NCBI GenBank assembly: GCA_029715105.1
Contig: CP085695.1
Span: 300,001 to 332,000, forward strand
Length of the DNA: 32,000 nt
DNA from: Candidatus Saccharimonadota bacterium
GTDB lineage: Bacteria; Pseudomonadota; Alphaproteobacteria; Rickettsiales; Anaplasmataceae
Direction: 5' to 3'
The translations under genes and the position numbers were made by a program. Below are positions 9,495 through 15,990 of this stretch, piece after piece (position 1 is the stretch's first letter; each line of letters begins with the position of its first letter). The notes below the pieces were generated by a model. The model saw only the letters and a list, made by a program, of their open reading frames with translations, ran no database searches and was not told where the DNA came from.

Positions 9495-10307
9495 ATTTTT
9501 GATATTAACTATAAATTTGTTATTTTATGATTTTAAATTTTAAATTTTATATGTGTTATTTCTATATTCTACTATTTTAGAATGTGAAATTAATTCCGCA
9601 ATATGGTAAAGATACCTTTTTATTTATTCATTTTAGAGATATAAGGTGATGTTTTAAAAGAGTTCTTGATGTTTGTTTAGAGATATGATTTTAATAAAAA
9701 ATAGTTATAATTCTATGAAAAAAGATTACATGTTTTATATATATTATGTTGTGTTTTAGGGTGAACAGTTAAATTAGATTAGTAAATTAGAATCTAAGCT
9801 TTTTAAATATCAATTTTATTGAATTGGTTTTATTTTGTTTATATTTATATCGCTTCGTCATTTTATATAAATGAAAAGTATATTTTTATACCTCTATCGA
9901 ATTTTTTCGTATGTTATTTTGTACTATTTTATAGCGTTTCCGTTTAGATTTAAAATCTATCTTTCTTTTTTTTATTATAAAAATTTATTTTATTTATAGC
10001 TCTTTATAAGAATCTTATTTTAATAAAATTAATTGCTTTATTTAATTTTTAATTTTAATTTGATCTTTACTCTATTTTATAGATTAGATTTGTTTTAAAA
10101 AACACAACTTACTTTTAATTCCTAATTGTTGGAAATATAAATATATTGTGGAAAATATCTTTCTGTTTTTATTTGTGTGATTTTAATTAACATAAGTTAT
10201 ATTTTTATATTTCTGTAATATTGAAATTATATGATTAGTAATTTTGATCAATAGAATTTTGTGGAAATTATTTTGTTGATTTTAAATTTTTGTTAGATAT
10301 TAGAACC

Positions 10308-10400
10308 CGGAAGGAAAGGGATTCGAACCCTTGATACGGTATTAGATGATCGTATAACGGTTTAGCAAACCGTCGCCTTCAGCCACTCGGCCACCCTTCC
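10308..10400 (-). tRNA. tRNA-Ser (anticodon GCU)
   Basis: The reverse complement reads GGAAGGGTGGCCGAGTGGCTGAAGGCGACGGTTTGCTAAACCGTTATACGATCATCTAATACCGTATCAAGGGTTCGAATCCCTTTCCTTCCG. The acceptor stem is 7 bp (one G-U pair). The anticodon stem ACGGT/ACCGT carries loop TTGCTAA. The variable arm is long (class II), and the T-arm is AAGGG-TTCGAAT-CCCTT. The discriminator is G, and CCA is not encoded. Confidence 0.93.
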
Positions 10401-10595
10401 AATCTTTAACCTAAAACAGTTTTCTATATATATCAAAACCTATAAAATTTGTCTAATTTTAAAATGATAGTAATAGATCTTTAGTATTAAAAATTAATAA
10501 TAGATAGTAAAATTTCTTAAAAGAGAAGTATATAATAATATTGTTATTATACTAAAATTTAATTTTATTATAAGAAAATAATAATATCATAAGAA

Positions 10596-11117
10596 TTATT
10601 CTTTTTTTTTGATGGCGTTCTCAATAATATTTTTGGCTTTTTTAACACCAACCCATTCTCCCATTATTACCATTTTTCCTTTCTCCAAACTTTTATAGTG
10701 TGAGAAGAAGTGAGTAATTTTATCAAGTAAATTCTTAGGTAAGTCAGAATAGTCTTTTATATTTTCGTAATAATTATCAACTCTAGAAATGGGTACAGCT
10801 AATACTTTTTCATCTTTTCCTTTTTCATCCTTAGTTAATAGGGCACCTATTGGACGTACAGGTATTAAAACACCAGGTGCTACTGGAAATTGGGTTAATA
10901 CTAGAGTGTCTACTGGATCACCATCATTTGCACAAGTATTTGGTATGAATCCATAATTGCATGGATAAATCATTGATGTAGATAAAAACCTATCAACTTC
11001 TAGTAGTCCTAACTCTTTATTAAATTCATATTTTATAGGTTTAGCATTTGCGCTTATTTCAATTAATACGTTTATTGTGTCTTTAAAAAATACTGAAGTT
11101 ATTTTATTGAGATTCAT
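10596..11117 (-). CDS. ppa: Inorganic pyrophosphatase (family I)
   Basis: The 173-aa ORF contains YPCNYGFIPNTCANDGDPVDTLVL and DEKVLAVP, typical family I PPase active-site segments. Confidence 0.93.
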   Translation of the reverse strand: MNLNKITSVFFKDTINVLIEISANAKPIKYEFNKELGLLEVDRFLSTSMIYPCNYGFIPNTCANDGDPVDTLVLTQFPVAPGVLIPVRPIGALLTKDEKGKDEKVLAVPISRVDNYYENIKDYSDLPKNLLDKITHFFSHYKSLEKGKMVIMGEWVGVKKAKNIIENAIKKKE

Positions 11118-11218
11118 AGATTGTCTTTACCTTAAAAGAAATATTATACAATATGCATTATTTAGTTGCTATATTTATATAATTTTAGTTTGTGTTTTTA
11201 TTTTAATAAAATTACAGA

Positions 11219-11779
11219 TTAAATTAATCTGGATAAATAAATAGCAGATTTACAGCAAGTTTTTATGAATAAAGACAAAATTTTATAACCAAATGTATTT
11301 TTAGGATTATATTTAATTGCAATATTTTTATGTTTTAATTCTTCATCGCGAAATTTACCTATAGTTTCTTTTAGTTCTCCATTTTTTAGATGTAGGAATT
11401 GCTCTTTATAATGTTTTTCAATCACTTCTTCAACTGCAATAGTACATGCCATGGCAGCTTTTTTACTTATAATTGCAGTTCCAACACCAAGAAACATCCC
11501 AAAAATACGCCAAATTGGTAGTAAAACAGTAGGACGAATTTTTTGTTCTTTGATTTTTTTATTAAAATAATGAAAATGTTTTTCTTCTTGTTTTTTCATT
11601 TCGGTTATTTCTCTGAGAATGAGAAAATTTTTAATAGGGGAATTTTTAAAAATGAATTCTTGGCCTGAATATATATAAATAGCTCCATATTCTCCGGCAT
11701 GATTAACTCTAATTATCCGTTGCAAAAATTTGTTATTGTTTCTTAAACTTAATAAGTTAGAATTTTTTTTCTTTTTCAT
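11219..11779 (-). CDS. coq7: Demethoxyubiquinone hydroxylase (COQ7 family)
   Basis: RVNHAGEYGAIYIYSGQ and the later EE..H motifs fit the di-iron COQ7 family. The ORF-track start at 11800 is TTG. I chose the first ATG at 11779-11777 (MKKKKNSNLL...). Either start overlaps the 3' end of the upstream dsbB-like gene. Confidence 0.85.
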   Translation of the reverse strand: MKKKKNSNLLSLRNNNKFLQRIIRVNHAGEYGAIYIYSGQEFIFKNSPIKNFLILREITEMKKQEEKHFHYFNKKIKEQKIRPTVLLPIWRIFGMFLGVGTAIISKKAAMACTIAVEEVIEKHYKEQFLHLKNGELKETIGKFRDEELKHKNIAIKYNPKNTFGYKILSLFIKTCCKSAIYLSRLI

Positions 11780-12245
11780 AATACATTTTATACGATGCAA
11801 TGAATAAAGCTATTGTAAGATAAATTAAATTCCACATTGCTAAGGAAATACCTAAAATATAATACGGTCTATTACAGGAAGGAGGATAGTTATTGGGGTT
11901 TAAAAGATCATTTTTTAATTTTTCTATGCTAGCGTTATTATTTATTTGTTCTGTACATCCTAAAATATCATTAAATAAATTGAATTCAAGACCCACATGA
12001 TAAAAAGATATTATTATGCCTATGAAATAGCTACAGAACATTGTATAAATTAAAATTTTGCTGTTTTTAATCATATATATTATTGCAGATAATCCAGTAA
12101 TATAATAGATTATTCGTTCATATATGCATAACTTACATGGCAGTATATTAAAGAAATATTCAAGTGCGTATGCGGAAACTAAAGCAATGATACTTGAGAA
12201 TAGAAAAATTATAAACTTGGAATTGTTATTCGTAGAGTTTGACAT
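11757..12245 (-). CDS. dsbB: Disulfide bond formation protein B (DsbB family) membrane protein
   Basis: A four-TM protein with the DsbB-type motif LPCKLCIYERI and a second cysteine pair in the later loop (GCTEQ...PPSC). The ORF-track start at 12281 is TTG. I chose the ATG at 12245-12243 (MSNSTNNN...). Confidence 0.7.
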   Translation of the reverse strand: MSNSTNNNSKFIIFLFSSIIALVSAYALEYFFNILPCKLCIYERIIYYITGLSAIIYMIKNSKILIYTMFCSYFIGIIISFYHVGLEFNLFNDILGCTEQINNNASIEKLKNDLLNPNNYPPSCNRPYYILGISLAMWNLIYLTIALFIASYKMYYEKEKKF

Positions 12246-12340
12246 AAACACTGAGTTACTATAATAGTTATAAAAAGTCAACTATTGCTTAATAAAATAT
12301 TATTTTGTGCGTCTACTGTTACTAGTTCTAGTATAATAAA

Positions 12341-12369
12341 TTTCATTTAAATTTCAAATTTAAATGAAA
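12341..12369 (-). terminator. Perfect 14-bp inverted repeat between nrdB and the dsbB-like gene (possible terminator or attenuator)
   Basis: TTTCATTTAAATTT (12341-12354), centre C (12355), AAATTTAAATGAAA (12356-12369). The arms are exact reverse complements. On the minus strand a T-rich tract (TTTATTATAC) follows. The stem is almost pure A/T, so its stability is modest. Confidence 0.3.
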
Positions 12370-12452
12370 AGATTTATTAGGTGAACAAGAGTGTTTACTA
12401 GAAAACCTTTTGAAAACAGAAAAGAAATTATATTTCTAGAGAACATATAAAT

Positions 12453-13430
12453 TTATATTTTTTCTGTAAATGCTTCTTCCCATGTACCTTGAGTTGCTGC
12501 ACGACTGTATTCTGTTACTCTGTTTTCAAAGAAATTTGTGTGTTCTACACCATTTAATATTTCATCAAGCCAAGGGAGCGGATTATAGTTAATATTATAT
12601 ATAGCCTTTAAGCCTAATTGTATTAGTCGTCTATTTGCTATGTAGCGTATGTAATTTTTTACTTCCTCTATAGATAATCCCTCAACATCTCCCAAATCAA
12701 AAGCAAGTTTTATAAATTCGTCTTCGAGTGCAATAATAGTACAGCACGCAGAATATAATTCTTCTTTAAATCCGTCGTTCCAAATTTCATTATTTTCCTT
12801 AATAAAGGTATTGAATAAATTAATGATTGAGTTAGTATGTAGAGTTTCATCACGTACTGACCAAGAGATTATTTGTCCCATACCTTTCATTTTTCCAAAT
12901 CGTTGAAAATTAAGTAAAATTGCGAATGACGCAAATAACTGTACTCCTTCAGTAAAAGCGCCAAATACTGCTAGAGTTTTAGCTATGTGTTTTTTATCGT
13001 GTTTTTTACTTTCCTCGAATTCTAACATGTATTCATATTTTTTTCTCATAGCGTTATAATTCAAGAATGCTTGATATTCACTTTCTGGCATGCCAATTGT
13101 GTCTAAAAGATATGAATAGGCTGCAATATGTATAGTTTCCATATTGGAAAAACTAGCGAGCATCATACATATTTCTGTTGGCTTGAATATGTTTGAATAA
13201 TGTTTCATATAACAATTATTTACTTCAATATCAGCTTGGGTAAAAAATCTGAAAATTTGAGTTAGTAAATTTTTTTCTACATTAGAAAGTTTAGTTTTCC
13301 AGTCTTTTACATCATCAGCAAGCGGAACTTCTTCCGGTATCCAGTGTATTCTTTGTTGTTGTAACCATGCATCATATGCCCAAGGATAGTTAAAAGGTTT
13401 ATATATTGGATTTGCTTGTAATAGTGACAC
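12453..13430 (-). CDS. nrdB: Ribonucleoside-diphosphate reductase beta subunit (class I R2)
   Basis: The 325-aa ORF has di-iron and radical-site motifs: SFSNMETIHIAAYSYLLDT (E..H...Y with the spacing seen in E. coli R2) and VRDETLH. The start codon is GTG at 13430, with no in-frame ATG nearby. Confidence 0.93.
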   Translation of the reverse strand: MSLLQANPIYKPFNYPWAYDAWLQQQRIHWIPEEVPLADDVKDWKTKLSNVEKNLLTQIFRFFTQADIEVNNCYMKHYSNIFKPTEICMMLASFSNMETIHIAAYSYLLDTIGMPESEYQAFLNYNAMRKKYEYMLEFEESKKHDKKHIAKTLAVFGAFTEGVQLFASFAILLNFQRFGKMKGMGQIISWSVRDETLHTNSIINLFNTFIKENNEIWNDGFKEELYSACCTIIALEDEFIKLAFDLGDVEGLSIEEVKNYIRYIANRRLIQLGLKAIYNINYNPLPWLDEILNGVEHTNFFENRVTEYSRAATQGTWEEAFTEKI

Positions 13431-13568
13431 AAAAAATACCTAATTATTCTTGTATATATAAGTAATAAAAACTTTTATTAAATGATATTTTTTAAAATCA
13501 GTCAATTTAACTTTTGTAAAAGTTGACAATAATACTTATTGGTATATTGTTATTTCGTATCATTTTCA

Positions 13569-13913
13569 ATGAGAATGCGAGCATTGATATTTTTTATTTT
13601 ATTATTTACAATTGGTTGTGTACGTACTGTTTATAATCATGGGATTTTAGACGTTGATGTTGAATTATGGAGTAAAATAAAGATAGGTGATGATAAAGAG
13701 AAGGTGGTTCGATTCCTAGGATTTCCAACGTTAGTATCTAAATTTAATAAGAATATTTGGTATTATATTTCATATAAAATTAAACAACCTAATTTTTTAG
13801 AGAAAAGAAAATATAGTAGTAAGTCTATGCAGATTTTATTTAATCAAGACGATAGAATTGCAGATATTAAAAGAATTGATGTTCCAGAAAAATTTTTAGA
13901 CGTTTTTAATTAA
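13569..13913 (+). CDS. bamE: Outer membrane protein assembly factor BamE (SmpA/OmlA family lipoprotein)
   Basis: The track start at 13539 is TTG. The ATG at 13569 gives MRMRALIFFILLFTIGC, a lipoprotein-like signal ending in Cys. It is followed by G..D...W..I..G..K..V...LG.P.......W.Y, typical of BamE. Confidence 0.7.
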   Translation: MRMRALIFFILLFTIGCVRTVYNHGILDVDVELWSKIKIGDDKEKVVRFLGFPTLVSKFNKNIWYYISYKIKQPNFLEKRKYSSKSMQILFNQDDRIADIKRIDVPEKFLDVFN

Positions 13914-14067
13914 ATTAGTAATTCAGTTTGTAGGCCTGAAAAAAGAATAACATAATAACTTATTTTATATTTGCTTCTATTTTAATGATGAAGTGTATAA
14001 AGAATTATATTTCTTCTTTTGCCCTAAGAGTATTTTCCTTGTATTATATATTATGTTAGTTTTTACA

Positions 14068-14087
14068 TTTTATTAGGTTTTATTAGG
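14068..14087. repeat. Two tandem copies of the 10-mer TTTTATTAGG
   Basis: Positions 14068-14077 and 14078-14087 are identical, in non-coding DNA. Confidence 0.8.
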
Positions 14088-14800
14088 CTAAAGTTGGTGT
14101 AGGTTGGCGGTTTTTATTTATGAAGTTTACTATGAACTATTATTTTAAGTATTGAGATTAAGAAAAATTTTTATTTATTAAAAGTCTCATTTATGTTAAA
14201 TTACTTTTTAGGGGTGCTCACTTAAGTAGTGAGGGGTAGTTTATTATTTAATTGTATTTTTGATGTATTTAACTTTTTTATTTTATAAAGAGATTTTAAG
14301 TGTAAGAGAAGTTATTTTAAGGAGTATAAATTCCATGAGTTGATTTTACTTAATATATAAATGTAATATATCTTGATTAATAGAAGAGAATTTTGCTCTT
14401 GTGTTGTGAGATAAATTAGCATGCATGAAGTTTGTAATATTTTAACAAATAGGTTTTTATTTATTTAAAAATATATTTTTGTATAAAAGGACAGTTATAG
14501 CTTTTGTTTTGTTATAGTTCTTCGCATAAGTTGAAGTGTGTTTTTAATTTTTATCAGATTTAACTTTTAAATTTTAGAGATTAATTTGTTTGCGTATAAG
14601 TTTTGTGACATCTTTTGTATAAATTTCTCTACTAAAGAAAGGTTTTATATGTGATTACGTTATAGTTATAATGATATAAATTGAAGAGTAAATGATAGAA
14701 TCTTTTACAAGACACCTGAATAAAGTGCAGACTAAGTTTGTACATTTATGTATGTTTATAAGGAATTATTATAGAATATTGATAACCTAAATTAATAACC

Positions 14801-14829
14801 TTGACATTTATGTTTAATATTATTACATA
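14801..14829 (+). promoter_or_regulatory. Candidate promoter for the ssrA precursor
   Basis: A perfect -35 hexamer TTGACA sits at 14801-14806. After a 17-nt spacer comes a poor -10, TACATA, at 14824-14829. This would place the transcription start near 14836-14842, just before the acceptor piece. Confidence 0.3.
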
Positions 14830-14841
14830 CGATTATGTGCG

Positions 14842-14856
14842 GTTTAGCACTATGGC
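14842..14856 (+). repeat. Direct repeat copy 1 (GTTTAGCACTATGGC), at the 5' end of the tmRNA acceptor piece
   Basis: An exact 15-nt match to 15060-15074. Confidence 0.95.
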
Positions 14857-15011
14857 AATAAAATTTATCTAAATAGGTGTATTGGACCCGAGGGCAGTAC
14901 TCGGCGCCTCCACCTTGTTCTCGTTTAAAATGGGGGGCGAATAAGGATCGACATACACAGTAAAATAGTAAATATTTGCTCGGTTACACTGCCGTTAAGA
15001 GTGACTTAAGT

Positions 15012-15059
15012 GCAAATGATAATTTTGCTGCTGACAATAATGTAGCATTAGCTGCTTAA
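15012..15059 (+). other. tmRNA tag-peptide reading frame (ANDNFAADNNVALAA, stop TAA)
   Basis: The resume codon GCA is at 15012, followed by 15 codons and TAA at 15057-15059. The ANDNFAA...VALAA form is typical of ssrA degradation tags and resembles the Wolbachia-type tags I recall. Confidence 0.85.
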
Positions 15060-15074
15060 GTTTAGCACTATGGC
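15060..15074 (+). repeat. Direct repeat copy 2 (GTTTAGCACTATGGC), immediately after the tag stop codon
   Basis: An exact 15-nt match to 14842-14856. Confidence 0.95.
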
Positions 15075-15149
15075 TTCATAATTATAAGCACGGCCAGGGG
15101 ACCGCCGGGTAACAGAAGGGTTCCCAGAAATTTATATGTACAGGGTTGT

Positions 15150-15581
15150 ATGGATAAAACAAATTACAAAAAATTGCTAAGTTCAGTTAAGCTTCAAGTT
15201 ATCAAGAAGGCCTTGAGTATTATATCAGAAAATGGTTTTACGCCTCATTTAGAAATATTGTTCTTCACTTATTTTAATGATGTTATTGTGCCAGATTATT
15301 TGAGAAGATCTTATCCTACTCAAATACTTATCATATTGCAACATAGATTTTGCGATTTAAAAGTTTTTGAAAGTAAGTTTAATGTAAGTTTAAGTTTTAG
15401 GGGAAAGCAAGAAAAAATTTCTGTACCGTTTTTTGCTATTAGTGAGTTTCATGATAAAACCTCGGGAGACATTTTAATATTTGATAAGTGTATTGATTTT
15501 GATAAAAAATATAGTAGTGAGAAATATATTAAAGATTTTCAAAACAGAAGTATTATATCTATAGATCAATTGCGTGATTGA
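15150..15581 (+). CDS. sspB: SspB-like ClpXP adaptor (alphaproteobacterial SspB family), putative
   Basis: The 143-aa ORF contains HLEILFFT...VIVPDYLRRSYPTQILIILQHRFCDLKVFESKFNVSLSFRGKQEKISVPFFAISEFHD. This fits my recollection of the conserved core of alphaproteobacterial SspB (..P..L...YP.E..IILQ..F.DL.V....F.V.LSF.G.....VPF.A...F.D). The C-terminal IISIDQLRD resembles a ClpX-binding tail. No search was run. Confidence 0.6.
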   Translation: MDKTNYKKLLSSVKLQVIKKALSIISENGFTPHLEILFFTYFNDVIVPDYLRRSYPTQILIILQHRFCDLKVFESKFNVSLSFRGKQEKISVPFFAISEFHDKTSGDILIFDKCIDFDKKYSSEKYIKDFQNRSIISIDQLRD

Positions 15582-15705
15582 ATTAAATTTCAATATGTTT
15601 ATAGTTATTGTGTGCATACCCAAAAAAAAAGAAAAGGCGGCAGTAATACGAGTTTTTTCAGATAGGGGGGAATTTTAAATAATGAGTATTAACTTTTAGA
15701 TTCAC

Positions 15706-15990
15706 ATGCATCCTGTGATATATTTGTTCAATATTTTATTCGATCTTTATAGTTTTGTTTTGGTGTCTTGGGTTATTTTGAATTTGTTATTTAAATTTAA
15801 TATAGTAAACATGTATAATGAGATTATGAGTAATATAATGTATACTTTGAATCAATTCGTTCATCCACCATTAAAAATTATTAAAAGGTATATAAAATCA
15901 TCGTTTAACGGAATAGATTTGTCTGTAGCGCTGCTATTAGCAGCAATTCATTTTATAAAATATACGATAAATTACTACTTTAGAGTATAG
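15706..15990 (+). CDS. yggT: YggT family membrane protein
   Basis: A 94-aa, two-TM protein. The central segment HPPLKIIKRYI....NGIDLSVALLL fits the YggT pattern (P.L.P.R..iP..gGiDlSp). Its stop TAG directly abuts the ftsK ATG. Confidence 0.7.
   Translation: MHPVIYLFNILFDLYSFVLVSWVILNLLFKFNIVNMYNEIMSNIMYTLNQFVHPPLKIIKRYIKSSFNGIDLSVALLLAAIHFIKYTINYYFRV

Larger units (their letters stand above)
14835..15135 (+). ncRNA. ssrA: tmRNA (ssrA), circularly permuted two-piece alphaproteobacterial type
   Basis: The acceptor piece ends with T-arm CCGAG-GGCAGTA-CTCGG, then CGCCTCC and ACC (to 14914). After a spacer of about 18 nt, the coding piece starts with GGGGGCG (14933-14939), which pairs with CGCCTCC and includes G3-U70. 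AAGGATCGACA follows, resembling the conserved GGAUUCGAC. The tag reading frame then reads GCA AAT GAT AAT TTT GCT GCT GAC AAT AAT GTA GCA TTA GCT GCT TAA. A 3' pseudoknot-like element follows (CGGC..GGGGA..GCCG..TTCCC). The outer 5' and 3' ends are approximate. Confidence 0.9.

Noticed and set aside
10147-10268. DnaA-box-like sequences TGTGGAAAA (10147-10155) and TGTGGAAAT (10260-10268), plus ATATCCACA at 28945-28953, as a possible replication origin
   Set aside because: Each box carries one or two mismatches. There is no cluster of three or more boxes, no adjacent dnaA, hemE-type or other marker genes, and no distinct AT-rich unwinding element that stands out from an already AT-rich background.
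13706-13716. T-loop-like GGTTCGATTCC motif, suggestive of a tRNA
   Set aside because: The flanking bases do not form a T-stem (AAGGTGG on one side, TAGGA on the other), and no acceptor or anticodon arms can be drawn. The motif lies inside the bamE reading frame (EKVVRFLGF).
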